Of a stretch of DNA of 64,000 nucleotides, positions 50,978-64,000 are shown in pieces (position 1 is the stretch's first letter; each line of letters opens with the position of its first letter). A program made the translations under genes and the position numbers. The notes under the pieces are model-generated. The model was not told where the DNA came from and did no database searches. It worked only from the letters and a program-made list of their open reading frames with translations. Where the stretch lies: contig NC_047028.1 of assembly GCF_902652985.1 (NCBI RefSeq), positions 28,024,001 to 28,088,000 on the forward strand, written 5' to 3'. Source of the stretch: Pecten maximus (Eukaryota).

Positions 50978-52544
50978 GACATTGAAGAGACACAATTAGG
51001 ACTAACAATTTAAGTGAGACACTAGATATTCACATCAGGGAGTCGGGACTATATAACAGTGTATCCTCATCTTGTCAGGACATATCAACATTGTGACTGG
51101 TGCTCAATCTAACACAGGAAATGGTACATTCATCGTCATCATTCTCATTCATACCAAAGGAAAGGTCTTTGAATAGATCATCATTCATCTGTTATTATTC
51201 ACTAAGTGAGGAAAACCATGCATTTGAATTGTACATACTACTTGCCAAGCTACATAACCTGTTCATTACATGTTCATTAAAGATTTTCTTTCATACAAAT
51301 GACTGGAATAATTTTTTTAACATTATACAAATTTAAAACAAGTAATTTTTCAGTAAGGGTACACTAATAGTCTGCAATTATTTACATACTACAGTATATA
51401 TTGATACAATCTGCATAAGTTTAACAAATTTTGACTCATAACCTGGGCAAAACATTTTATCATTTTTATTGCTCTGGATAGCTTGTGACAGGTCTCCTGT
51501 ATAATGTCATCAGTGAGGTAGCCACAAGCTACTACAAGGAGACAACCCCCCAAATTTATCTTGGCTGTTGACAAATAAATAAACAAATTGTTAATCATGA
51601 TATTTCTGTAACATGCATCTTAATTGTCCAAGGTAATTTAAGTCCAGTGTTCCGTCTTAACAGTATTGATTTGCAATATGAAACAAGAACTACAATATAA
51701 TTTTGCATCGAAAATGGTTTATTTATACAAGTATTTCACTGTAACAAACGGCTGCCACAACCATGTACATCACAGGAATGAACAATCTTAACAAATGTGA
51801 CCTATATCCTGTACATAATTTTCTAACATACATACCCTGGAAATGCACTTGTACCCTACATGTCAAAACACTACAATTATGTCTATGCTTTAAAAGTGAA
51901 AAGTATAATGTCCATTTTGAGAGTGTCCACTTACAAATTTGTCTCTCTTGATGGGAATTGAATTTAAAAATTATTTGCTTACATCTTTTCCTAGAAAATG
52001 AGTTATGTTTCATAAAGGAGGAGTAAAATCTTAAACGTCGTTAACATGTTACATGTTAAACTTGTTAATAAAAGCAGAGTAAACAGGGGCTCGCATTCAG
52101 GTAGATACATATCTGGACACTGTCATCAATTGAAATGTTATTTTGAAAGTGACCGAAATTGAAACCTAATATAGAACTTTATGGTGTGTTGTGATGAGAT
52201 GTGAAAAACGACTAAATCTGTCCAAGGGTTAATGAAAGAGCTTGTACACAAGCTTTGTATGGACACATGGATGGATGGACCAACTTGTGCAGCCACAAAT
52301 GCCCAGGCAAAGTAATTACTTGATCACTATACATATTCACCCCTTTATTAAGTGGAGATATCTTACAACATTTCTTCTGACATTTCCTCAATTTGTGACA
52401 TAAAATTGTAAATAAATAAATTCTATATTACATTGACCCTGGTGTTAAGAACTTCCGAGTGCATATTGGAAGTTACAATAATCTGTACTAATGATGTTCT
52501 CAAAGAATGTTTGCCAAGTAAATACATAAAATTACTACAATTAG

Positions 52545-52910
52545 CAAAATTATACAATGTACCAATTCGTTATTATTACAAGTATCAATTTACTATACCA
52601 ATTAACTTCTCCAATTAAAATACAATGAACTGAATTTACTGTTAACAGTATCAATTCAATATGGTAATACACTGATTCATTATACAATGTACCATTTAAT
52701 CATACAATGTACCAATTAATCATACAATGTACTGATTCATTATACAATGTACTGATTCATTATACAATGTACCAATTCATTATACAATGTACCGATTCAT
52801 TATACAATATACAGATTCTTAAACAATACACCGATTCATTATACAATGTACCAATTAATCATACAATGTTCCGATTCATTATACAATGTACCAATTCATT
52901 ATAAAATGTG
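52545..52910. repeat. 20-bp minisatellite (ATTCATTATACAATGTACCA/G)
   Basis: Direct periodicity. Confidence 0.9.
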
Positions 52911-53404
52911 ACAATATACCAGGTAGATAATGTTGAAAATGACTGTACTTACTCATCTGCTTTTTTTACTCTATTTGAATCTGATTTAGTTAAGTTCTAA
53001 ATTTTAATATGATACAGGTAACATTTCATAATTATAATATACATGTAACACTCCCACAATAAATGAATATTACCGTATTGGACCTTCAGATTGTGATGAA
53101 CACACATGCCCCTTGTAATAATTAATGATAATATTTATCAATATAATACCTAAACTTTACAAAGTAAATTTCACCCTATCAACCCATTCAAAATTGAATT
53201 AATGTCAGCTGATAATGTTCAATTCCTATCAATAAATAGCTTAAAATTAACAAACCATCAAATAACTCATCATAAAAACATTGATTATATAATTAATATA
53301 TAAATAAAGGTAAGTTATATATAATAAAACATTGAATGCATAACAATAATTGTCAGAAGACATCATAGCTCAATGAGTGTGTTGAAATTCTTATTTAATA
53401 GCTA

Positions 53405-54146
53405 TTCATTAAAGTAGGTCAAAAGTCATAATTAAGGGTAGCAAAACTGCTAATTATATAATGTAGCACCAAAGGAAATTTATTAACACAATGGAAACAT
53501 GTCAAATAAGGTTAATATATACTGTACCCAAGGTTTTTTTTTCAAGTTAAGTCAAAGGTCATATTCAAGGTCAGCAGGTCCACAAATGTAGCACCAATGA
53601 AAAGTCTTGTCATAAGGAACACACATGTTAAATATGAAAGCCTTCTCTTGTACGATTAGCATAATGTGGCCAAGGTTTTTTAAAGGTAGGTCAAAGGTCG
53701 CAGTCAAGGTCATAATGTGGTCACACCTAAGAGACGAAACTAGTCAACTACATGATTAAAGCTGATCCACCCAGCACGACGTTGTTATGGTCATCTTTAC
53801 CCTTTGACTACTCAACTTCACAGCCGGACTCTTGCTGGGTAACACAGAACCATATACCGAACTATTTACACAGACGTTGGATCTCCCAACCCCCATAGAA
53901 TGTGGCTAAGGTTATAGTTTTTTAAAAGTAGGTCAAAGGTCATAGTCAAGGTCAGTAGGTCCGTGAATGTAGCACCAATAGAAAGATCTTTTACACAAGG
54001 AGTACATGAGTGAATTACCTCTAGCAAGCTGTATCCTCATTTTAAGTATTGACACAATACTGTTTTATATACATACATTGCAATACCCCCCGCAGTGGTG
54101 AGGATATAGCAATAGCTCCCCTGGACTTCATCCCGGCGAGCTAAAC
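53405..54146 (-). mobile_element. Decayed HINE-type element
   Basis: Repeated AAAGTAGGTCAAAGGTCA...AATGTAGCACCAA units and a terminal hairpin TAGCTCCCCTGG..CCGGCGAGCTA(AA) at ~54113-54144. Confidence 0.55.
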
Positions 54147-54562
54147 AAATTAATTATATACGAAAGATCAATTTTATAATTTACAAATATCTAATAACAT
54201 GTATATATTCTATAAACAATAAATTATTTTTAAAAGAACATTGATTAATAAAATCAATCATAAGTACAAGAGATAGCACAATCTCAGGAAATGACAACAG
54301 GAATACACATTAGAGCAATTTCCACACCGGTTGACTGGGTTAAAAACTGGAAAACTTAATGGCATGATTACAGTACAGGAAGGCGCGTTAATCTAAAATG
54401 TTGAATTGAAAATAATTTAATTTAAACACACATAATCTACAATTATTATATTTCCTCACAAAAACATTGTCCATTCAATTTATATATCAATGTGTGATTA
54501 AAAATTGTATGACTTTCTTTTACTTTAATTTCATATGAGAAATGCAATTTTTATAATACTGT

Positions 54563-54948
54563 AATTAATTTTTCTTTGTTTTCATGGTAAATACTCAAAT
54601 GTGATTGGTTGAAAAAATTCTTTTCATTCTTCTATGAAAGAAATTCCGAGAATGGCGCGAAAAATGTGACGTCACAATACGACAATTGACATTGCATATT
54701 GATTTGAGAAAAAGAATCACATTTAAAACCAGTAAAATTGTACATAGAACATGTTTTAAATTAGAAAATCATTTTCAAAAATTAATTATAAGCGTTGATG
54801 TCAATTTTGTTCTAGTTTCATCAGGATATGAAACAAATTTTGTTTGCAAACTTCTGTAAGAATCCGCTACGTGGAATCATACAGTTTGCAAACAAAATTT
54901 GTTTCAATTACCCCGATGAAACTAAAAAAAATTACATCAATGCTTAAA
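54563..54948. mobile_element. TIR-less repeat with a long sub-terminal hairpin (Crypton-like non-autonomous element, tentative)
   Basis: Second, internally deleted copy at 61848-62040. Hairpin GAAACAAATTTTGTTTGCAAACT...AGTTTGCAAACAAAATTTGTTTC. Confidence 0.65.
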
Positions 54949-55426
54949 TGTATGTGAAAAATTGGTCAGTAATTAATTATCTGTACAATTATATATAATG
55001 AGTTATTAGAAGACAATCATCAATATTTCCTTAATTAGTAAACTATAATTATGAGTGAATTCAAAACAAAACAATGTAAGCTATTTTTTAAACTCATTTA
55101 TTGAGAGTTGTCACCCTGAAAACTGAACAATATATTTCTCACATGAACATATCAAAGTTCCTAGCAAGACTTAAAGTATTAATAAATATTTGGACCAAAA
55201 ATCTCAAGTTTGTTATTTGAATTAAAGTTAACATTTTTAACACAACCTCCGGTACTGTGATAGGATAACGGGGAAAATAATCATGAAATGCATTCTTGTG
55301 ACTAATTCTCCAGTTTGGTATGCAATTTCGTGCACTGGAGATTGTCAAATTGAAATAAATCAGAGACACCAGTCCAATGTCAATTGGATACTTAAAAAGT
55401 ATGTTATTTTAGCAAGACTCAAACTA

Positions 55427-55592
55427 GGGGCTATTCCATTAAAGTATCTACTTGACCCCAGGACTCCCAAAATAAATCACTTCTATCCATGGTTGAATTC
55501 CCTTCCTATTACTTCTATGTAATTTATTAATTAATTTCTATTATAAAACCTGGAGTCCTGGGGTGGGATAGATGTATTACTAGAATAGCCCT
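55427..55592. mobile_element. Short MITE with GGGCTATTC termini (PIF/Harbinger-like, tentative)
   Basis: GGGCTATTCCA...CCCCAGGACTCC is inverted as GGAGTCCTGGGG...GAATAGCCC. Confidence 0.6.
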
Positions 55593-56199
55593 GAATAACA
55601 TAAAAAATAAAATGATATTAAAAACTTAAATGTTGTGACAAAGTGAAATATTTGTGAACTACTGTAAGCTAGATGAACAAAACAATTCAATCACATTGTA
55701 ATATTTGCCCATATATAATGAATATAATTATTCTGCGGACGCTACAGTGGGGGCCCTGAACATTACAACCTATATACTCCCAAAACCATTACCGTAAATA
55801 TTCAGAAAATACTGTAAAATGTTGAATATTCATGGTGTGTAAAACTTCATGGTTTTTGTGGTAAATAATGAACCATGAAAATAAATTCAATAGATTTTAC
55901 TTGAAATACTGGAAGGATTATGTTGAATTATCAACATGGGTAGATTCTACACAGGAAACTTTGTCTCATGAAGCTCACAAATAAGCCTTATACGGCATAT
56001 TTAAGGACACCAATAATAAAAATATTTCGAGTTAGGCTAATACTATATATATAATACACACAGAACATATGTCAAACTACATATAAATTTATTAAATATT
56101 GATAATAAAAGACTGGGTGAAGTTATCGCCCTATGAATGCCATACCACAGACTTACCTGGTAGCTACAACATGTAAAATGTCTGTGGTTGATTGTATAG

Positions 56200-56465
56200 T
56201 TTTAGGGAGCTTTATAAGTTAGAGCGCCTGCCACGTAACCTCAGGTTAAGATCTGAGGTTCAACACTCCCTACCCTTGTTGGTTTGTGTTTCTCAGGGAA
56301 GCTGTTGTGGTTTGTCCTTAGTCACAAGACAATTTACCCTAATTGCTCTGGATGGCATGCGACGGATGGATTTTCAGTGAAGAAGTCACCAACTGCTACA
56401 GTAAGACCCCCCGCAAAATGACGCTGGCTATTCACGTTGCGATAAACCCAGCAAACAAACAAACT
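56200..56465 (+). mobile_element. Decayed tRNA-derived SINE
   Basis: Degenerate tRNA-like head (TAGAGCGCCTGCC..GGTTCAA), CORE-like segment GTCCTTAG..CAAGACAATTTACCCTAATTGCTCT, and a (CAAA)n tail. Confidence 0.55.
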
Positions 56466-59220
56466 ACAGTTTTAATTGCTCTACTTTTAAGACTAAAGGG
56501 AAATTCCTTCAAACAAATATGACTAGATAATTCAATACTCAGTTCCTCTCCATCTTCTAGTATGTAATAAGGCAAGGCTGTATAGTCCAAACTTTAGGAA
56601 ATAATCAATATCTGGATAGCATTTGCTATAATTTATTTTCATTCAAAAGCAGTTTTGTATCAAAAGTAGCTGGGGAATAAGTGGCAAAAATTTCTGTTTT
56701 GTAAGTTTATACTTAACAGCAAAAATTCTTTTATTTCCCCTTTATTTCCCGATTTATCCACCACTATTAAACAAGATATACTTTTGTAGTAGACTTAGTA
56801 TGCATATAAATGCATGTACATGACCCCTTATATAATGAATGGTCAATTGTTTGGGCAGAGTTACAAATTGTAACTTAATGCATCAATATAACTATTATCT
56901 ATTATGTATTGTTAAACATGTGGCAGCTGGATAATGATAATAAAAATGTATTGAGAAAATTTCCAATAACTTGAATAATGCAGTAAAAGCATAAAAATTA
57001 CATTATATATAATTGTATGATATGGTTTAGGAACAATTAAAGCAATTGTTTTTAAATAACTCATCAATAATGGTCAAATGATATTATGATTCATCACTTT
57101 GTGTAAGTTTGGCTAATAATTAATGATAAAAGTTTGAAATTAATTTGTCAATAATTACCCAAATTACCAGTTTTGAACACTGCATGACATTAATTGGACT
57201 TTAATCTGAGGTATAAAGGGTTAAAAATCTATGACTAAATTTATATGTGTGGGTGCCTGGAAAAAACACATGCTCCAATTTTTTAAATTGTTTTCGATCC
57301 CCCCCCCCCCCCCCCCCCCCCTCTTTTTGATGTGTTTGTGTGAAGTTGCACAAAAATTGTTTTTGAATTATTTCCCCTTTTTGATGAGTGTGTGAAGTTG
57401 CACAATTTCCCTAATTAAATTGCATGACATATGTTACAGAGCACATTTGTATGGTATCATTTTCCCACATTTGTCTCTGATTTTATGAGTCAGTGCATGG
57501 CCGTCCAGTTCTGTTATTGAATACTGGAACTTACATATTGTAGTTAACTTTTACAATATTCGCAATATAATAAATTATTACTTAATACATTGGCTACATT
57601 TACTAGAGGTGGGGTATATCTAGCACCATAAATTAGATTCATATAGTTATATTAACATTATATAATTGAAAATGTAACATCAGGTTATTAACTTAACGAT
57701 TTGCAAAAAATATTCGGACAAACAAATCTTCACTTTACATACAAAAATAAAATACACTCTGTCAATCTATAGCCTTCAACATATTTACATGGTATGTTTG
57801 TGACTAAAAGCAAAACATTACAAAAACTATAAATTATACAAAAATATTTTTCCCAAGAAATAATAATAATAAACTTCTTATTATAATATACAATTACTGC
57901 CTTTTGATAAGGTCGATAAATTTTATTAACCTGAGAAAAATATTAACCAAGGAAGAACTCAGAGGTTGATATTTTATTCAAGTTAATAAAACCATGTATC
58001 AATGTAAATAAAATTGCTGTAGTAGTTTTATTATAAATAAATATAAATTTCTTTTTCCGCATTTTGATGAAAAAAAAGAGGAAAAAAAGAATACAAGCAA
58101 AAAATCTTATAGATGCATCCGGAAGTCATAAATACAAAGTATCTATTTATATCTTAACACCATACAATCAATACAATTAATTTATACAATTCATTACATT
58201 CAGTACACTAATTCACAAATAATGGAATACCTTTCAAGCATTTCAATTGATTGCAAAATATTTGACCATACCAGAGGAGATATATCTCATAATCTATTTT
58301 TCAAAACACCAAATTAACCAGCTTTTTTTGGGACGGCCAGTTTATATAACTTTTTAGTGGGAAACCTGTGACATTACTTTAGCCAATCAGATAGTGAAAA
58401 AATATCATTTTACAATAATTATTAATATAATAAATAGCATCATAACTATTTTGACCACAGACATATGGAATGATAAATGGGTGGGATTTGAATATGGTAC
58501 AGGGATGGCAGAGGGGCCATCTACGCATACACTTACACATTATTGTCCCTACTCCCTACCTAATGAGACCCTCCAATGTTTGTGTCTTGAGTTATATAAA
58601 ACAACAATGGATAATCAGATAGAAACTTAATATGAAATACAGTTAATATATGAAAAAAAATCACGTCTTGCATCTAAACAGCTGTCATGACACTGGTGCT
58701 CATTTCACACATCTACACAAAAACTTACAATGTACACCTAAGATAACAAATCACTGGCCCAGTGATCTGTGGTAAATATAACAAAAATATGCTAAAACAA
58801 TACAATTATAAATAATGTCACCTATACAATATATGATCTATGGACGATGGATATGTAATCTTCGTATATCACATTCTTAAGGTTTTCATTGTGCCTATTA
58901 AAAACCTGGATTCTTCCAACTAAATCCAGGTCAAATCTTGTGTTCCTATATACAGATACAGGTAAGAAAAATTTGTTTGCAAATACACACAAGAAAAAAA
59001 AATGGTGGACCGAAATAAGGTCATTCAATTTATTTATGAATCAATTTTTCATATTTCATTTTTTGTGCCAAAACTCTTTCCAAAGCTATTGATTAAGGAC
59101 TGATGCAGATCTCAGAAGGAACTGACCAAAATTACCATACAATTTAGGTCACTGTATATCATTTATTTAGACATTTTCCCTCAATGAATGTTTTGTGAAT
59201 AACAATCGGAATTGTAATTA

Positions 59221-59239
59221 CCGTATTTATTCTAATAAA

Positions 59240-59271
<32 letters not shown>

Positions 59272-59595
59272 TTTTTGGAAAAATTTCTCGATTTGAGAAA
59301 AAGGACTTACCGTTGTTATGTATTATGTAATGTACAACTACCGTAAATATAAATAACAAAGTTTATGTTTCTTGCAATTTCATACACGGGTGTCAAAATG
59401 TTTGTCACTTAGTTTTACAATGTTTTGGATACATATACACATGTTTCATGGTGTGAAATGGGTATATACAACAGATCTCACAACTTACCAACTCTGAAAG
59501 TTTGATCTCCATTAAACGCCTCCCCCTCCCCCCCCCCCTCCTCCCCCCCCTGGAAAAATTTCATGCCCCCGGGGCATTTATTAGAATAAATACGG
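59221..59595. mobile_element. Tc1/mariner/pogo-type MITE
   Basis: Perfect TIR CCGTATTTATTCTAATAAATGCCCC / GGGGCATTTATTAGAATAAATACGG with TA on both sides. Confidence 0.9.
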
Positions 59596-60005
59596 TATAT
59601 ACAACTAGAGATGAAAAGGGCTGTTGATACCTAATTTAGATAAAAAAAACAAAACAAAACAAAACAAACTGAAAAATTCAATAATAATATTTACATTGAG
59701 TTATACCAAGGGCTGCATGTATAGGAAGCAGATCAGCTTGATGTGTTTCAGTAATCTAAATTATTTTTTTTTGCATTCAAACCGGCAGAAACATACACAC
59801 CAAACAAATGAATATCTATAATGATACATCAACAAGCATACTGAACACTAGTGTCAACAAAGATATTTTCACGTTGACTCAGGGTTTCTATAAAACAATT
59901 CATTCATCACTATTGATGCCCATTACGTAATATATGGCTATAAAAACATTTTAAATGTAAGTGATATTTAGATCAGCTATAAACATTCCTATTTGTTGTC
60001 CTCCA

Positions 60006-60104
60006 TCATCTGTGATCATGGTCACCTTCAGTTGCATCCAGCATCATCTTAAATTTGGACTTTGGGTTTGCAACTAAAACTGCTGGAGAATTGAATTCCA
60101 CCAT
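60006..60104 (-). CDS. ABCC5: ABCC5/MRP5-like transporter, terminal exon
   Basis: (t)n-cag|ATG acceptor. Translates MVEFNSPAVLVANPKSKFKMMLDATEGDHDHR*. Confidence 0.88.
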   Translation of the reverse strand: MVEFNSPAVLVANPKSKFKMMLDATEGDHDHR

Positions 60105-60906
60105 CTGAAAAAAAAAAAAAAATCTTTCTGGATTTTCCATTTAAAAACAACAGTACTGCAGGTCGGAACAATATATGCCCGTCAAATGGCATGATATAGT
60201 TTTACATATTAATATGTTGAACTGAAATAAGATTTGCATCACCTTAAGAGTAGCTCGCTCAAGCGTGCTGTAAATGTCAATATTCAATTTTCTAAAAGTT
60301 TGCAAAAAAAGGTTATCAAAAGTCTCCATCTCATTAAAAACAATTTGATATTATAAAACCTTACACACTTTCAAAGAAATTGATATAAAACAGAAGAAAA
60401 TATCCGGACAAGATTCAAATACCATAATAGAAATAAATGAACGGCAAGATCGAGCTGCTGCAAAAATAGCTAAATCAAAGATTTTTTGGGGAAGCATATC
60501 ATTACTTTAATGCTTTCCAAGTTTCAAATAGTCGGTTGAAAAGATCGCCAGACAAAAATCAATTACTGACATGAGCAAACCGTGATAACTTGCAAAAATA
60601 GACAAAACTAAATTCTTTTCAGGCAAAACATAATTTCAAATAATTATTATAATGCATTCCAAATTTTAAAGAAATTAGTCCAAAAAGGAGGAGACTACTG
60701 GACAAACAAAAGTTAATGCAAGATGGATGGACAATGCCATGTCATTATCAAATCTGACCGGCATAAAATCAGTTTTAAATTTTTTAAATGTATTCTGTTA
60801 TTGCATACGGGGATATACATATTTTTGGTTCATAAACAATTGTAGTCGAGGGTTTAAATACCTCAATACCTCTGTATTAAATGTGGAGTGAACTCTTAGA
60901 TCTCAC

Positions 60907-61071
60907 CTTGCCATCCTCCATTACAAGAATCCTGTTACAGTTGAGAACTGTATTCAGTCTGTGGGCGATGATTAACATCGTACAGTCAGCGAACGCTTCC
61001 TTGATGGTGGTCTGCACTAGGGCGTCAGTTTCTGTATCTATGGCAGCTGTCGCCTCGTCCAGCATCAGAAT
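60907..61071 (-). CDS. ABCC5: ABCC5-like NBD2 exon (Walker B, H-loop)
   Basis: Translates [42 protein letters not shown]. Junctions ctag| and |gtgaga. Confidence 0.93.
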
Positions 61072-61311
61072 CTAGGAATGGTCAAAGTTACGATGAATAT
61101 CTCTGGTATCTCAACTTATAAGTTACAATGGACTTTTTAAGTCGTTTATTATTTGAAATGTCAAATCAATTTGAATTGTGTACACCATTTTGAATTTCAA
61201 ATTTAAAATAAAACTAGAAAATGTCTATTAGACATAAATGTCACTTCACATCCTGAAAGACAGTTCAGGAGGATCAGATCAGTAGTTCCTAAGATTATCT
61301 AGGTACACTGA

Positions 61312-61485
61312 ATCAGGATGGGACATGACGTGGTGGGACAGGACGGGACGGGACGGGACGGGATGGGATGTGGTGGGACAGGACGGGACATGATGGGATG
61401 TGGTGGGACAGGACGTGTTGGGATGTGGTGGGATGGAACGTGATGTGTTGGGAAGGGACGGGACAGGACGGGATATGGTGGGATA
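61312..61485. repeat. GGGAC/GGATG/TGG compound microsatellite in an ABCC5 intron
   Basis: Pentamer repeats. They account for the Pro/Ser/His-rich ORFs. Confidence 0.85.
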
Positions 61486-61847
61486 TTTCTCATACACAAT
61501 CAGGGAATCTCTTCTGCTAACTGTTAAGCATTTTCCTGCTTTATCTAATCCCAATCTTACAGTTGGGAACCTTCATATGCTGACACATAATCCACAAGGG
61601 AGACAATTCAGTCAAATTACAGAACTTTGAAATAGTGACAGCTCATATCATTATTCAACATACAAATTTGATACAATTGTTTACCGGTGTATATATACAT
61701 GTGCACATATCATAAATTTTGGAAAAAAAATAAAGTACCTGAGATCCCCCTAAACAATGAGACTACCATATTAATGTACCATTGTATGGATAATATTTAA
61801 ATTTGTATTTTGTCATTGATATTATTAGCAACATTCATAATGTATAT

Positions 61848-62040
61848 AATTAATTTTTCTTTGTTTTCATGGTAAATACTCCAATGTGATTGGTCAAAAA
61901 ATTCTTTTCATTCTTCTATGAAAAAAATTCTGAGAATTTCTTTCATAGATTTTGTTTGCAAACTTCTGTATGAATCCGCATAGTTTGCAAACAAAATTTG
62001 TTTCATACCCCGATGAAACTAAAAAAAAATGACATCAATA
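61848..62040. mobile_element. Internally deleted second copy of the 54563-54948 repeat
   Basis: Shares AATTAATTTTTCTTTGTTTTCATGGTAAATACTC... and the TTTGCAAAC hairpin. Confidence 0.7.
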
Positions 62041-62082
62041 ATGAAAGGGGATTTGTTTGACACTGAAATAAAAGGTGTGTAC

Positions 62083-62196
62083 CTTACTGTGGCGGAGTAG
62101 AGCCCTGGCCAGACACATTAGCTGCCTCTCACCTACGGAGAAATTCTCTCCATTCTCCACCACGGGGGAGTCTAACTGCTGCTCCAGGCTAACAAT
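62083..62196 (-). CDS. ABCC5: ABCC5-like NBD2 exon (ABC signature)
   Basis: Translates [38 protein letters not shown]. The FSVGERQL variant is typical of the ABCC5/11/12 group. Confidence 0.93.
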
Positions 62197-63137
62197 CTGT
62201 AATTAGTTGAAACAATGAAAACAGCTTGATTTATATAATTTTGAATCTGTGGACAGTAACAGATGAAAAGTCTTAACCAATAATCAAACAATTTTCATTA
62301 TCACTGTTTACCAGAGACATATATACACAGAGATAATTAAGAAGCATCGCTATTTTCCCGTACAAATGGTGGTTCCCTTTATTCGTGACCACTCAAGCGT
62401 ATCCCTCATTGAAAGCGCCTTGTCCTCAATCAAACGCATGCAAGCACAGGTAAATCAGGCTTTGTGCATGTGTGTATTGATCATGTACTGTAACTTATTC
62501 GACATGTTCTGGTTAATCCGCCATTACGTCAGACCAAAACATCGTCAATTTTAAATACACACAAAAAACATATGATATTATCATTTTAAATAGGCCTCTG
62601 CAAAAGTTACTACATTATCCAAAAACTATCATACTTATGGGATATGATCTTGTTTATCATGCACATTGTTGTCATTTATCTGTATTTTTGAAAACCCACA
62701 AAGGGACTTTTCGAAAATTGGAACTTTCCGCCAATCTTCCGTGCGGTGTGCTCGACTTTCATACTTAATATTTATATATATATTTAATATTGATGACACA
62801 TTTGTACTTTGATATTAATAAAATTAAAGCAAATTCTTGGATCTGGGTGATGATTTCAAATAGAAATTATCTATAATTATGTGTCTGGTTTTCAAGTTTT
62901 CTCCAATATGGCGTCAATTTAAGTGAAGACTGAACCGAGCGACGGCAAAGAATTGTGGGAAGGTCAGGGGCCGCCACGTAGACATAGGGGCAAATAGAGA
63001 GTAGCCAATCTCTCTATATATGTCTCCGTGTTCACTTAGCAAATCAAGTACACAAAACAAATAGTCAAAATTAAGCCTCTTTCATCCACCGCTTTCTCAT
63101 CTCTAGATAAATGAAAGATTACAAAGCAAACACTCAC

Positions 63138-63216
63138 CGTTTCCTTGATATGACATTTTTCTAAAGCTTCCCATAGTTGTGGGTCTGTGTACTGCTGGAA
63201 TGGGTCCAGATTATAC
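63138..63216 (-). CDS. ABCC5: ABCC5-like NBD2 exon; the gene continues beyond the window
   Basis: gacag|G ... ACG|gtgagt. Translates YNLDPFQQYTDPQLWEALEKCHIKET. Confidence 0.92.
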
Positions 63217-64000
63217 CTGTCAACAAAGAAATCAGTGTTAATACAATTGTAAAGTAAGCGACTTGAAATATTCTGAACAAGTTGAGGGGCATTCTAGGAA
63301 TAAAACTATATTTTCATAACATACATCTAGTTAATAACACACAAGGTGAACATTTTGAACTATACAGATATGCACTAAAACAATAGGCCTATAGGGCCTG
63401 TACCAGGACATTTCGGTAATTATGGCAAGAACTCCTAATTTAATATACCAGTATAACAAATATTTTTCCCGTTTTGGAATCTGCCTCTGAGTACCATGTA
63501 TTACTGTCAGCGTTTTCCTGTAACCAAATCCAGCATTTTGGTTCCGAAGAAGGTTCAATGCAAACTAGAATACTGACACGTCAGCATGGGCACAGTTGTG
63601 TGACAAAATAAACTAATCACATACACCTTGACATTTTCTGGAACGTCGTAAAACAATATTAATGCTACAATATTATGTTGGTGTATGAATTTAGGTATAT
63701 TTTAAACTCAATTTCTCAATATTTTGTAACTGAAGTAAGAAGGATATAATTTTGTGAGAAAACACAGATGCTCAAAAACACTATCAACAGAAAACTTCAT
63801 TGTGATAATCTGCCACTCAAACACAATTGCCTTCTATTGGACTAACTTGTAATCACAGTGCTACAAGGTGCTACTGTTTTCAATCAGCAGATGAAAAACC
63901 ACATAAATTGATGATGTCATTCACACATAATTCTGGGGAATTCCATTCTTAATGTACATGCACAAATACATATAGGGTTGCTTATTAACCTGTCTTTTAT

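Noticed and set aside
61279-61630. Pro/Ser/His-rich ORFs
   Set aside because: Pentanucleotide microsatellite inside an ABCC5 intron.

Overview
AT-rich eukaryotic (animal) genomic DNA with spliced genes. The repeat families suggest a bivalve mollusc (inference). Four intron-containing genes could be reconstructed by hand from GT-AG junctions and phase agreement: (1) the 3' end of a C-type lectin (+, 235-2339); (2) an SLC16/MCT-family transporter (-, 15902-20359, ~434 aa) with a 1-nt frameshift in its largest exon; (3) a complete RHBDD1/RHBDL4 rhomboid protease (+, 46987-50977, 342 aa); (4) the 3' end of an ABCC5-like ABC transporter (-, 60006-63216). Most ORFs in the supplied track are spurious. 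The non-coding DNA holds minisatellites and many non-autonomous mobile elements. The most striking is a pair of miniature LTR retrotransposons (35865-36221 and 44982-45357) whose ~125-bp LTRs each contain a tRNA-Thr(AGT)-like cloverleaf with Pol III boxes, plus a PBS, a PPT and 4-bp TSDs. Also notable are 60-76 bp hairpin elements with 9-bp TSDs (AcademH-like), a 1.47-kb TIR element packed with AGATATCT palindromes (IS3EU-like termini), and a Helentron/HINE element inserted into a minisatellite.
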